Source of the DNA: a virus
Taxonomy: Duplodnaviria > Heunggongvirae > Uroviricota > Caudoviricetes
DNA: 64,000 nucleotides
Virus record (IMG/VR): IMGVR_UViG_3300042286_000208
Location: 70,287 to 134,286 of that record
Strand: one strand, 5' to 3'
A program made the translations under genes and the position numbers. Below are positions 18,643 through 29,645 of the stretch, piece after piece. The notes beneath the pieces are model-generated. The model was not told the DNA's origin. It made no database searches and saw only the letters and a program-made list of their open reading frames with translations. Each line of letters starts with the position of its first letter. The stretch's first letter is position 1.

Positions 18643-19746
18643 ATGAAAAAATTATTCACATTGATGCTAGTTTTACTACTAGCTATTGCATTAACTGGTT
18701 GTGTTCTTGATGAAACTGACCCAGACAACACAGATCCTATAATCAACACACCAATATATACCGTAGCTTTTGACTCAGACGGTGGTAGCGTTGTAGAACC
18801 GTTAACCGTGGAGGAAGGAGATATGATAAGCAGGCCACAAATTCCAATGAAAAAAGGATATATGTTTGTTTATTGATATTCAACAAATCCAGAAACAGAA
18901 TATGATTTTACAACAATAATAACAAACAGCATTACCCTTACAGCTTTATGAGAAGAGATTGATTATTCTTATGATATCAACGATATTCCAGAAGAAATAC
19001 AATACTATTTAGGCGAATCTAGCTTCAATCATATAAGCGATTGGATTATAAGCGATGATAATTTAGATGGAGAAATATCTGAAGAAGAAATACTGTCTGG
19101 TTATGAACTAGTGGATGAGATGTTTGGTGGATATGATCATAATGTAGTTTTAAATTCGGAAGATTTATCTGATATGCAATGGTGTATTGACGGAAGCATG
19201 GATCAAGAATATATTGATGCTGCGATTTATGCCATTTCTTATTTTAATGGTATTGAATGGGTTAACGCATCTTATATTATTGAAGATGATTTTGAAAACA
19301 ATTGCTCTTCTTATAAATTTACATTTACTTGAATAACAGTAGAAGACTTATATGATGAGTTGTATGATTCATATATTTATGAAGGTTATGATGAGGATTT
19401 AGCTCATCAAATGGCTATGGACTTTTCAATGGGAGCTATTGCATTTAATAGTTTGGGATTAGATTATGAAAACGAAGACTATTATCATTACGGAAGTACT
19501 GGTATATATTTTATATTTGAGGCGATGGAAGAGTTAACTCAAACAGAAAAGAACTTTGTTGCTCTACATGAAATGGGGCATAGTTTTGGTCTAGATGATA
19601 TTTATGACATTGAATTTGCTGGATATACTTTAATGTTTGGATCAGCAGAAGGACAAGATGAATTACTTCCTATTTTGAGACCATTTGATTTATGGAATTT
19701 AAACTATATTTATAATAATACCGAAGAGGAAGAAGTAGTAGAATAG
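18643..19746 (+). CDS. lipoprotein with Listeria-Bacteroides (Flg_new) repeat and HExxH zinc-metallopeptidase motif; 4 in-frame TGA
   Basis: Signal peptide plus lipobox LTGC; PIYTVAFDSDGG...GYMFVY(W)YSTNPETEYDFTT...ITLTAL(W) fits the Flg_new repeat with TGA at both invariant Trp positions; HEMGHSFGLDD; listed ORFs 18643, 19111 and 19360 share one frame with no TAA/TAG between. Confidence 0.65.
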
Positions 19747-19770
19747 AAGATAAAATAAGGAGATGGAATA

Positions 19771-20181
19771 ATGAAAATATCAGAATTTATTGAAGCAGAA
19801 AAAGTCACTAAAGATGATATAATTATCTTTAAAGTAGATATAGATATGTTTAAGGATAATGACTTATATTCAGGTATGATGTCTGTAATAAATGAAACTA
19901 AAGAATTTTTACAAAAACATGAAATTCAAGCATTATATATTCCATATAAAAATGGTATAGAGGTTGAAATTTCAAATGATATAACAGAAGAGGGATTAAA
20001 AAAAATATACAACGAAAAACAAAGCACAGAAGGATTCAGAGATGGTTTTATAAAGGCATTATCTGATAGTGATGAAAAATTAGAATATGATGATTCACAT
20101 CCCACAAAGAGCGAAATTTATAGTGAAAATTATAAATTAGCATATAAAATGGCATGGGAACATAGAAATGAGGAGAATTAG
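19771..20181 (+). CDS. hypothetical protein
   Basis: 136-aa ORF with RBS aaggagatgg. Confidence 0.45.
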   Translation: MKISEFIEAEKVTKDDIIIFKVDIDMFKDNDLYSGMMSVINETKEFLQKHEIQALYIPYKNGIEVEISNDITEEGLKKIYNEKQSTEGFRDGFIKALSDSDEKLEYDDSHPTKSEIYSENYKLAYKMAWEHRNEEN

Positions 20182-20182
20182 A

Positions 20183-21226
20183 ATGAGAAAACAGTTGACA
20201 GTAGTAATACCTCAATACTCAGAAACACCTGATATGATTGAGTCTACACTAATGAGCATCAAACATCAAGTTGGATATGACTTAAATAAGATCGAGTTAA
20301 TTATCGTAAATGATTGTGGTCCTTCTGAATTAACACCAGAGAATCTCGCTCATATGCGATTATCATTCGATGTTAAGTTTGAAAAAACGCCTGTTAACTC
20401 AGGCCCCGGAGTCTCACGTCAGCATGGGATAGATTTAGCAGAAGGCGAATGGGTGGTTTGTATCGATGCAGATGATATATTTGCACCAGATGCATTTGCT
20501 AGCTTCCAATTTTCCTTAGATCAAAACCCAAACTTGAAATGGATTAATTTCAGCGGAAAAGTTGTTGGATTAGAGAACCAAAGAGCAGTTATTCAAGATC
20601 ATAGATCAGAATTAGTTTGGTCTTTTGGTCATTTTATTAATACAGACTGGCTAAGAAGAAAGAAAGTCAAATATCACCCAGAAATCAGATCAAACGAGGA
20701 ACAAGTGTTCTTTCAAGCATTATGGGCAAGAACTAAACCTCAATTAGAATTCGCACATGTTGAATATCCTGTTTATTACTGGGATCAAAAATCAACCAAC
20801 ACCATCACTAGATATAATGGTGGAGAATATAGTAGAACTTGTGTTCCAGAATTCTTTAAAGGAAGAAATATTGTATTAGATGATCTAGATTCTCTAGGGA
20901 AGAAAGATGAGCTAATTCAATTAGCATACGGATCAGTAGTACATGGTTACTACACAGTTCACCAAACTATTTTTGATGATTATCCAGAGTGGAAAAAGAA
21001 TTCAGAAGAGTGGATTGGATGGATACTCGGGAAATATGGTGATTTGATCAATATGTTGGATGAAAGATATCGCTTACAAGTTTTATTACAAGGAGCAGTA
21101 TCTTGTGATAGACAAGTTCCCATTACATTTGATAAGTGGACACAAAAGGTAACAAGAACAGAAGAACCTAAAAAATGCCTACTTCCTAAGGAAGATATGG
21201 ATAAGTCCAAAAATAGGCCAGAATAA
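20183..21226 (+). CDS. family 2 glycosyltransferase (GT-A fold)
   Basis: LTVVIPQYSE...DCG...CIDADD (DxD) motifs; ATG 20183 after RBS aggaga. Confidence 0.65.
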   Translation: MRKQLTVVIPQYSETPDMIESTLMSIKHQVGYDLNKIELIIVNDCGPSELTPENLAHMRLSFDVKFEKTPVNSGPGVSRQHGIDLAEGEWVVCIDADDIFAPDAFASFQFSLDQNPNLKWINFSGKVVGLENQRAVIQDHRSELVWSFGHFINTDWLRRKKVKYHPEIRSNEEQVFFQALWARTKPQLEFAHVEYPVYYWDQKSTNTITRYNGGEYSRTCVPEFFKGRNIVLDDLDSLGKKDELIQLAYGSVVHGYYTVHQTIFDDYPEWKKNSEEWIGWILGKYGDLINMLDERYRLQVLLQGAVSCDRQVPITFDKWTQKVTRTEEPKKCLLPKEDMDKSKNRPE

Positions 21227-21280
21227 GTAGGGAGGATAAACTTCCTCCCTCAATCATTATACCAAGGAAGGAGGGATTAT

Positions 21281-22669
21281 ATGTTTTCAAAATCAGAATA
21301 CGGAAAATACCTCGAAGGTTTAACAGACGGTCAAAATGTTGCATTTCATATGATAACAGAGTGACTTTTTAACTTTTATTCTCTAGATATAGAAAAAAGA
21401 AGAGATAAACAAGTCTTTGTGTTATCAGGATATGCTGGAACAGGTAAATCTTACCTCATGGGCATAATAGACAAGTTTTTAAGAGAATATTACAGAAACG
21501 ACATGGCTGTTCAAGCATGTGCATATACAGGTAAGGCAAGCACAGTCTTGGCTGAAAAGAATATGAATTCTACGACACTACACCATTTATTATACATACC
21601 AATGGTAAAAGAGACTAACGGTATCAAAAAGGTTATTTGGAAAAGACGTGGTAATTTAGATGATAGAGTTAAACTAATCGTAGTTGATGAATCTTCTATG
21701 ATGCCTTCAAAACTATTCGAAGATTTAAAACTATTGAAACTTCCTATATTAGTTGTTGGTGATGGATTTCAACTACCATCAATAGATGTTGGAACCAATC
21801 TTCTAGATAATCCCGATTATACCTTAACAGAGATCACTAGACAAGCATTAGATAATTCAATTATTAGATTATCAATGTTAGTTAGAGATGGTGGAGAAAT
21901 ACCATATGGTGATTATGGCGATAACGTTCAAGTAATCTCAAAAAGAGGACTTTATGCCGGAGATTATATAGAAATAATGAATAACTATGATCAACTCCTA
22001 GTTGGAACAAACAGGAGTAGGCTATATTACAATACTCTATATAGACAACATTTACTAGGTGAACATTACGATAATAACCCACTTCCGTGTGTAGGAGAAA
22101 AAGTAATTATAACCCAAAATAATTGAGATTTTGAAATTGATGAGGCAGGGGAATACAATCTATTTAATGGACTTGTAGGTATAGTCGAGGATGCCGAGTC
22201 GACAAATATGGAAGAAATTGATAGAATAAAAATAAAAATTAATTTCGGCAAAAAAGAGTATATAACTGATTGATTTATATATGATACCGGTATTTTCAGA
22301 GAGGCACTAGATAATTCTATAAGGAGACCTTATTTTGAAAATGATGTATTGGCTTTAGTAGATGAAAATGGTAAATATTTAATTAAAAAAGAGATCAGTG
22401 AATATAAAAAAATGAGTCGTGAAGAAAAAATGGAATATATTGATATAATGTATAATTCCACTTTTGATTTCATGAATCAAGGGATAAAAATTAATCAATT
22501 AGATTTCGGATATGCAATATCTGTACATAAGTTTCAAGGAAGTGAGGCAGACAATGTTTGTGTTATAGATGAAAGTTATGTGTTTGATAGGGACGAGACC
22601 GAGAACAAAAATAGATGGCTATATACGGCCATAACAAGAGCAAAAAAATTCTTGTTACTAATTAAATAG
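21281..22669 (+). CDS. dda: Dda/RecD-like SF1 DNA helicase; 3 in-frame TGA (21362, 22124, 22271)
   Basis: N-terminal LTDGQNVAFHMITEWL ~ T4 Dda LTEGQKNAFNIVMKAI; Walker A GYAGTGKS; DEAD-like VVDESSM; C-terminal VHKFQGSEADNVCVIDES and TAITRAKK motifs; three listed ORFs stitched in one frame. Confidence 0.8.
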
Positions 22670-22682
22670 ATAAGGCGGTATT

Positions 22683-23141
22683 ATGAAAATTATAAACGGA
22701 GATTTATTAAACGTAAAAGAAGGAATAATTTGTCATCAAGTGAATACATATGGAATAATGGGAGCCGGATTGGCACTCAGTTTAAAAAATAAATTTCCAA
22801 ATGTGTATAAACAATATAACGAACATTGTCGTATAAACAAATGTGATGAACGAACTTTACATGGAAGTGTATTATATGTATATGCCACTAATAAACTTAT
22901 AGTTGCAAATGTATTTAGTCAATTATCCTTTGAAACAGACTTATCAAGAAGAACTGATCTGTCTCTAATATGAATGGCTTTTGAAGACATTTTTAAAATA
23001 GCAGATCAAGAGAATCTAAATATATACATACCTTATAAATATGGTTGTGGCCTAGCGGGTGGTGACTGAAATAAAGTGAGTCAAGTATTTTTAGATTTGG
23101 AGAAAAAATTTGGAAAAGAAATTATAGCATTAAAGATATAG
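22683..23141 (+). CDS. macro-domain protein (ADP-ribose binding/processing); in-frame TGA at 22971 and 23067
   Basis: MKIINGDLLNVKEGIICHQVNTYGIMGAGLALSL matches macro-domain N-terminal motifs; GCGLAGGD(W) phosphate-binding loop. Confidence 0.65.
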
Positions 23142-23150
23142 GAGGGCTAT

Positions 23151-23453
23151 GTGTTAAATCAAGTAATTTTAGTCGGTAGAATATCCGATATAATCAAAAA
23201 AAATGGTTGTATTATTTCTATGAGAGTAAATGTGACCAGAAGAAATGATGATAAAACAATAGATAGACCGAAGGTTGCCTTACCAGAGGCAATGGGTAGA
23301 AGTTTATTTGAAAAAATAAAAGATAAAGATGGCGTGATGATTGGTGTTAAGGGAAGAGTAGAAACAGAATTAAAAGGTAGATATGGAACCATATCTAATA
23401 TAGTTGCAGAAAAAATCACATTACTAGAAGATGACACCCAATCAAATGAATAA
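23151..23453 (+). CDS. OB-fold SSB-like protein
   Basis: MLNQVILVGRISDI...GVKGRVETE pattern of short SSB-like OB fold. Confidence 0.45.
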   Translation: MLNQVILVGRISDIIKKNGCIISMRVNVTRRNDDKTIDRPKVALPEAMGRSLFEKIKDKDGVMIGVKGRVETELKGRYGTISNIVAEKITLLEDDTQSNE

Positions 23454-23462
23454 TTAATTATA
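23447..23462 (+). promoter_or_regulatory. motif TGAATAATTAATTATA, copy 3
   Basis: Exact 16-mer overlapping stop of 23151-23453; 24 nt before ATG 23487. Confidence 0.55.
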
Positions 23463-23486
23463 AAATATACCGAGGAGGTGTTGATT

Positions 23487-25100
23487 ATGCAAGTAGAAGC
23501 TAATAAAGAATTTGTGTTCCTAAACCAACATGTTGGAACTTTCTATACTGGTATAAGTTCCATATTAGGACAGGTGAAGGAATATATACTAAATCAATTT
23601 CCTCAGGAGTTTTTTAAGAGAGTTACAGTAGAAACTGCAGCACCATCTTCACTTACAAATCAGAATATGCAAGATGGTTTAGTAAAAATGTATTATCCTT
23701 TTTTAAATATTGGGGTAAACATTCCTCATGAATATGAAGAAAAAACAACAAGACCTTTATTAGAACGTTCTGAATTATTTATACAGCCTCTTATAAGACA
23801 AAATTACCCAAGAGTCTTGATTGACCCAGATGATAATTTTACTGTAGGTTTTACATATGAATGAGTAAAATCTTCTTATGATTTCAGAATAACGACAAAT
23901 ACCTTTATGAACTCCATAGATGTGATGAACTGAATAAGAACTAAACTTCCACTAAATTTCATAGGATATTTAAATGATTCTCCTTTGGAGTTTGAATTAC
24001 CTCAGAGTATTGTTAAAACAATAGCAGAGCTTCAGGGATATGATTTAATGACAAAGGAAGGTGTTAAAAATCTTGATAGATATTTAATGTCTGTAGGTAG
24101 GATGTTTTCCTTAATTAAAAGAAAAACAAGTGCTACATCAGGTCAAGAGTCCTATTTCATGTCTATAAATTCAGACATTCAAGTATATATAGACAATCTA
24201 GATGCTCCGACTTCAGTTGTTAGAAGTGGTCACACCGAGGGCGAGTATGTTGTAAGTTTTACTGTTACAACAGGAGCATATTTTCCTGTTAGCTATTTAA
24301 TGAAAATAAGAAAAGATTATTTAGTTGCTAGAGTAGAACAAAAAGACTTTCTGGATATCTATGATACACCTAATCAACCACTTGTTGATGGACTGATTTC
24401 AATAGGTGTGGATATTCCTTTAGCGAACAAGAAAGATATTATAAACTACACTACATCGGATGGGAAAAAAGCAATAGGCCACTTGGTTGATGAATGAAGA
24501 TTCGTATACGGGTCCGAACAAACAGAACCACCTATTGTTTCAATCTTCAGCTTAATCGATGATCCAGAATTAAAAAGAGTTCATGCTTATGCAGTAGAAC
24601 ATAGTATTAATCTAGAAAATCTTTTTCATTTTGAAGGATATAAGGTGGCATACACCCAAGATGATATCAATTTTGTCATGAACTATGAAGATTTTGAAAT
24701 CAATATAGAAAACGCTGAATTTAGTGAGGTTTTGATAAGGTTCTATGTAAATAGAGCAACCTATGATGCACTTCAGTTTGCTATGGAGACAGATACTTAT
24801 TACTTTAATAAGAACGTACTGTGTTTCACAGATGTTATTTTATGGGACAGTAAGACAAACATGAATGTCACTAAGAAAGTACAAGTTAATTTCTTTAAAG
24901 ACTCGATTGAAATGTACGATGAAAACCCATTGAAAGCTCTTAAGATCGTAACAAAATATGGTTATGGATATCTCAATATCAAGCCATATGTTGAAGATCC
25001 AGACAGAGAAGATGATGTGATGTTAGTGGTTCTTGGTTATGAGAGCAAGTTGATAGATGGGAAACCTGTTCCAATACTTTATGAAATAATTTTCTCATAA
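23487..25100 (+). CDS. hypothetical 537-aa protein; 3 in-frame TGA (23862, 23931, 24495); possibly virion structural
   Basis: Listed ORFs 23478, 23985 and 24645 share one frame; intervening sequence re-translated with no TAA/TAG. Confidence 0.45.
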
Positions 25101-25134
25101 AATTATATATTATTTAAAATGTATTCTAATAAAA

Positions 25135-25165
25135 ATAGACTAGTCGTTATAATACGGCTAGTCTA
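25135..25165 (+). terminator. hairpin tagactagtcg/cggctagtcta
   Basis: 10 of 11 bp inverted repeat downstream of stop. Confidence 0.4.
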
Positions 25166-25204
25166 TAAAACTTAAAAATAAAAAACGAGAGGAGCTACAC
25201 AATT

Positions 25205-25732
25205 TTGGATTTATTAAAAAATGAACAAATACCTAGTGGGTTATACACGCTTATTGACATTGACAGAACGAATTTAGGTGTCAAACCAATAGCAAAGATC
25301 AGAGAGATTTGCGAGGAAAACGAATATGATTGTGTTTTAGTCAATTCTAATGTTAGACCTGGTATTGTTAAACTCGAAGAGCGTATGGATGAAAGTAAAA
25401 GAAAATATCAAGAAGCCAAAAACGCGAAAAAGAATAAACAAAAAGAAATAAAATCTAAATCATATACAGTGGATAAACCATTAACCATCCAAGAAAATGA
25501 TTTAAACAGAAAAATGAACGAAGTAATAAATGCAGTTAGAAAGAATTATTCAGTAACTTTTACATTTAAAGCCATGGGAAGATATGCAGATCAACATCAC
25601 TGGAAAGATGTAGTGAAAAGATTTGATACATGTTATGATTATATTATGAGTCATGAAAACATAACTTCTCAAACAAGAAAAGAAAATGAAAATACTATTT
25701 ATGCTGTCTTTAGATATACAACAAAAAAATAA
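25205..25732 (+). CDS. infC: translation initiation factor IF-3
   Basis: N-domain IDIDRTNLGVKPIAKIREICEENEYDCVLVNSNVRPGIVKL ~ IF-3 [42 protein letters not shown]; C-domain KEIKSKS...TFTFKAMGRYADQHHW ~ KEIKFRP...TLRFRGREMAHQQ. Confidence 0.7.
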   Translation: MDLLKNEQIPSGLYTLIDIDRTNLGVKPIAKIREICEENEYDCVLVNSNVRPGIVKLEERMDESKRKYQEAKNAKKNKQKEIKSKSYTVDKPLTIQENDLNRKMNEVINAVRKNYSVTFTFKAMGRYADQHHWKDVVKRFDTCYDYIMSHENITSQTRKENENTIYAVFRYTTKK

Positions 25733-25748
25733 AGGGGATTTATAAATT

Positions 25749-26474
25749 ATGGATGAATCAAATAAAAAGGGAACGTATTCATTTGGTATTGAAGTAAACG
25801 GAGACGAAAGAGTTCAATATCTAGAACCGAGTGAGGGACAAGATAAATTTAGAAACAGAATTTACATTAGTAAAGCAAAAACGATGGAAGATATTCTAAA
25901 AGAAGTAGATTCATTTTGTACAAAGTACTATAAGGCAAGTGAACATGGAGTTAGTGCAGATATGATAGATGTCTTCAAAGATTTCAATAAAGTGTATCAC
26001 GCATTAAGAAACCTAACGAAATCCGATGGAAGGAAAATAAGAGGTTTTGAAAAGATAGAAAAATATGGGGATGTTAATATTCCTAAAAGAGGGACCAACA
26101 AAAGTGCCGGTTACGATATCGAATCTATAGAAGATGTTGATATAGAACCAGGAACAACTAAAGTGGTTTTAACTGGATTAAAAGCATATATGATGGATGA
26201 TGAAGTTCTAAAATTATATATAAGATCATCTTTAGCAATAAAAAAAGGCTTGACTTTAGCAAACAACGTAGGTATAATAGATGCAGACTACTATAATAAT
26301 CTGTCTAATGAAGGACATATTATGGTGGCACTAACAAACCTCTCAGATTCAACAGTAACCATCAAAAAAGGTGATAGAGTAGCCCAGGGTATATTTGTTA
26401 AGTATCTAACAGCAGACGATGATCAAACTCTTTCAAGCGAGAGAATTGGTGGAATTGGTAGTACAAATATTTAA
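25749..26474 (+). CDS. dut: dUTP pyrophosphatase
   Basis: dUTPase motifs GYDIESIED, TGLKAYMM, IIDADYYN, C-terminal GGIGSTN; about 90-aa N-terminal extension. Confidence 0.7.
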   Translation: MDESNKKGTYSFGIEVNGDERVQYLEPSEGQDKFRNRIYISKAKTMEDILKEVDSFCTKYYKASEHGVSADMIDVFKDFNKVYHALRNLTKSDGRKIRGFEKIEKYGDVNIPKRGTNKSAGYDIESIEDVDIEPGTTKVVLTGLKAYMMDDEVLKLYIRSSLAIKKGLTLANNVGIIDADYYNNLSNEGHIMVALTNLSDSTVTIKKGDRVAQGIFVKYLTADDDQTLSSERIGGIGSTNI

Positions 26475-26487
26475 AAGGAGAAATGAA

Positions 26488-26760
26488 ATGAAAAAAGATG
26501 TTTGGAATATAGTGATGTTTTTTCTTATAGATTTAATTATTTTCGTTGTTGTATGGATGGCAGTATTCGAGGTACTTGAATATGCAAAAGATGCAATAGT
26601 GGATCAAAGGGATAAAGTAATTATGGTAGTTTCTGCTATGATTACATTTCTAGTTGTGTTTATTGGTCTTGAATCAATATCTAGATATATTAGTAGTAAA
26701 TTTAGAGTAAAAGAAAAAGTTTCAACGATTAGAAACAAGAGGGGTAACAAAAATGATTAA
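26488..26760 (+). CDS. small membrane protein
   Basis: Two hydrophobic helices, basic C-terminal tail; RBS aaaggagaaatgaaATG. Confidence 0.4.
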   Translation: MKKDVWNIVMFFLIDLIIFVVVWMAVFEVLEYAKDAIVDQRDKVIMVVSAMITFLVVFIGLESISRYISSKFRVKEKVSTIRNKRGNKND

Positions 26761-26991
26761 AAATTGAAAAGCTTTTTCCTTAGAATTATTAGCTTTTGTT
26801 TTAGTAATTCTATCTGCAAACGTAACTTATAATGTAGTAAGATTTGCATTTCCTGTTATGACAGAAGAAATTGGGAAAGCAACAACTATTTTAGTAATTA
26901 TATTACTATGTGTCTTTGAAGCAGTGGGTGCAGCATTTATCTATAGTTATATAACGACTAAAAATAAAACCCCTCAAACTAAAGAGGACTA
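26752..26991 (+). CDS. small membrane protein (in-frame TGA at 26764)
   Basis: 79-aa hydrophobic ORF overlapping the previous stop; not in the standard-code track. Confidence 0.3.
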
Positions 26992-26993
26992 AT

Positions 26994-27404
26994 ATGGAAA
27001 AAGTAAAAACATTAACAGTGGATTTATATGAGCCATCTGATAACGAAAAAATTTTATATGTTATTGAGAAATCAAGACCAAATAACGGTATAATGACTTA
27101 TTTCTATAGTACAAGTTCTAAATATAAAGTTTATCTTAACTTATTTAATAGACTAGAATCTGGTATAGAATATTTTAATAGCGATTCCACCTATAGCACA
27201 AAAACAATATTTATAAAAGATGGGAAAATGGAATTGGAAGATACTATCTATTACTGCACCTTCGATATAATTGACGCAGAAGAAAAGTTGTTAGAGTATA
27301 AAAAAATAGCTCTTGAAAAGAGGAAGAAATCTTCTGAAGAACATTATCAAGCTATGTATGAAGAAATAAAAGAAAAGTATTCGGATAAGGACTGGTTTAA
27401 ATAA
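26994..27404 (+). CDS. hypothetical protein
   Basis: 136-aa ORF. Confidence 0.45.
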   Translation: MEKVKTLTVDLYEPSDNEKILYVIEKSRPNNGIMTYFYSTSSKYKVYLNLFNRLESGIEYFNSDSTYSTKTIFIKDGKMELEDTIYYCTFDIIDAEEKLLEYKKIALEKRKKSSEEHYQAMYEEIKEKYSDKDWFK

Positions 27405-27587
27405 TCATGAAAGCAATTACAGTAACAGTAGAGACAGATGATAGTGAAATGACGCTTGAATTTAATACATATTCTGAATTAGGCATTTGATTCTTAACAA
27501 ATAAAGAACTTGTGTCTGATGATGAATTTAAGGTATCTTTAAAAAAGTTAAACGATATAGATATAAAATAAAAAGGAGGAATCATAC

Positions 27588-29546
27588 GTGATTGAAGTTT
27601 TGTACAATAAATATCAAAAAACGAAGGCAGTAAAAGAGCCCTTCAATAAAGAACTATTGTATATTAGAGATGACTATCAGATTTATACGCTGTTAGACTC
27701 TATATTTAAACAGTACGAAAATGATCCTAGAGTAATAGAAGTAAGAACCTACTGGGAAGACGATGAGCCAATGAAGCAATATCGTACTAGAAGCAGACGT
27801 GTTGAAAAAACAAACATTAATGTTTTTAGATATGAGATTGATATTTGGATTGTCAAAGAAGATACTACTGAAGATATAAAAAATAAAGCTTTAGCTAAAT
27901 CTCGCAGACGTAAAAAATCTGAGAAAAATAAAGAATATGTTTTCAGAAAAGTATTTGATAGACATAGTAATATTAAAATAAAATATGATGAGTCAAAGTA
28001 TAAAAAGTATACCGTATATGGCAAACTATTCATGCCTAAACTTGTAAATAATCTGTTCTATTTGATTGAAGGAAGTAGATATTTCACAAGAATGCAGATT
28101 GTGGATAAAATTGTTTATCCTGTTGACCAAAATCATAATAAGAAAATTAAAGCTGTAAATTACAAAAACGAAAGATCTGGTGAAAGAAGCCTATCTTTAA
28201 CAACTCGGTTGCCAAAAATGCAACTAAGTATGTCAAATAGTTTAATTTATGAATTTACGGATATGGATACTGATGAGGCATACTTCGCACCATACTTCAA
28301 CTTATTATTATTTAATAAGAATCAAAATATAATTCAAATATTATTAACTATGTACGCATTCAATATGATAGTTGAAGAGTTTGGGTTAAATGAACCAACT
28401 AGCAATATTTCTATAACCGACGTATACGATGATGAGAATAGACTCATATCAAGAGGACATAGAAACTTAAGAGATACATATGACTCAATGCTACAGGAAT
28501 TAAATACATTCCTTGGAACAAACGTGGTTGTTACAGATGAGGATTATAGTGTAGAGGGTTATCTAAATCTCAGACTGCAATATAAAGAATTTCTTGGACC
28601 TTATGTTAAAGTAGAGAAAGAAGAATTTGAGAACAATGTATTAACTAAAACATTGATATCAGGTCTTCAAAAAATGTTTGAGTCTTATTGTGAGATATTA
28701 ACTTTCAGAGAAACAGACAACTTAAACAAAATGGATAAGAGAAGTCTTGAAGAATTAGGTGGTTCAAAAATTACTGTCAAGGAATTAGAAAACAGTAGAA
28801 TTGATGAGGTTGGTTTTAAATATCATACAATAGACGAGCAAAAAGTCGTTCTAAATGAAGACATCTTTAGAAATCCAGCCTTATTAGTCCATATGTTTGG
28901 TGGAATTATTTTCAAGAAGAATGACTATGTTGAAAGATTGAATAGAACCTTCTTGATGTTCTTATCTATGGAAAGATTAAATGATGAGAACTTGCTAGAC
29001 GAATATGTTATTGACAAGGATGAAGATCCTAATTTAATGACATTTCTTAAATTCTTAATTGTGAACTTTAATGAAATTAAAAAGAGCAATACAAGCAATC
29101 TTTATAATAAGAGAATCAGGGTTTCTGAGAATGTCATCGCACCTATTCGTGTTTTAACATCTCAGGTCTTATTCGCTTTAGTTAAAGAAAATTATTTAGA
29201 TTATGACAGAGTTAGACAGATATTTAATCCTGTTGTAAGTAATAAGAACATGCTAATTAAAGATATTCTTAAAAATGACTTGATTCTATACGACAACAGT
29301 ACTAATGACTCTATAACAAACCATTTTACTTCATTGAAATATACTTTAGCTGGTAACGGTGGGTTGAATTCTAAGAGAATTCCATTCAAATATCGAAGAA
29401 TTGATCCTTCTTATCTGGGCAACTTGTCGCTGGTTAGTTCTAGTGCAACAAATCCAGGTATCACTGGAACAATCATTCCTTTTGCTAAAATAATACTCAA
29501 TGAAAAAACAAGCTCGTTTGAATTTCATCGTTCAAACAATAACTAA
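27588..29546 (+). CDS. multisubunit RNAP beta subunit, N-terminal fragment
   Basis: MPKLVNNLFYLIEGSRYFTRMQIV ~ beta [25 protein letters not shown]; C-terminal YLGNLSLVSSSATNPGITGTIIPFAKI ~ HYGRVCPIETPEGPNIGLI; true TAA stop. Confidence 0.7.
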   Translation: MIEVLYNKYQKTKAVKEPFNKELLYIRDDYQIYTLLDSIFKQYENDPRVIEVRTYWEDDEPMKQYRTRSRRVEKTNINVFRYEIDIWIVKEDTTEDIKNKALAKSRRRKKSEKNKEYVFRKVFDRHSNIKIKYDESKYKKYTVYGKLFMPKLVNNLFYLIEGSRYFTRMQIVDKIVYPVDQNHNKKIKAVNYKNERSGERSLSLTTRLPKMQLSMSNSLIYEFTDMDTDEAYFAPYFNLLLFNKNQNIIQILLTMYAFNMIVEEFGLNEPTSNISITDVYDDENRLISRGHRNLRDTYDSMLQELNTFLGTNVVVTDEDYSVEGYLNLRLQYKEFLGPYVKVEKEEFENNVLTKTLISGLQKMFESYCEILTFRETDNLNKMDKRSLEELGGSKITVKELENSRIDEVGFKYHTIDEQKVVLNEDIFRNPALLVHMFGGIIFKKNDYVERLNRTFLMFLSMERLNDENLLDEYVIDKDEDPNLMTFLKFLIVNFNEIKKSNTSNLYNKRIRVSENVIAPIRVLTSQVLFALVKENYLDYDRVRQIFNPVVSNKNMLIKDILKNDLILYDNSTNDSITNHFTSLKYTLAGNGGLNSKRIPFKYRRIDPSYLGNLSLVSSSATNPGITGTIIPFAKIILNEKTSSFEFHRSNNN

Positions 29547-29610
29547 TGCTTTAAAAAAATTATATATTATAAAACAGTAGTAATAGTCAATTATAATCTG
29601 ATGTATTACT

Positions 29611-29638
29611 TGAAAGAGCCGCTTTTTCTCTGGCTCTT
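29611..29638 (+). other. hairpin aaagagcc-(11 nt)-ggctcttt immediately upstream of the tRNA
   Basis: 8-bp inverted repeat between RNAP beta-N stop and tRNA. Confidence 0.35.
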
Positions 29639-29645
29639 TACTGTT

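Noticed and set aside
18874-18949. Possibility that TGA encodes Gly (translation table 25, Gracilibacteria/SR1) rather than Trp
   Set aside because: TGA falls on the two invariant Trp positions of the Flg_new repeat (GYxFxGW, LYAKW), on GGDW in the macro domain and on aromatic-rich positions elsewhere. Trp is far better supported.
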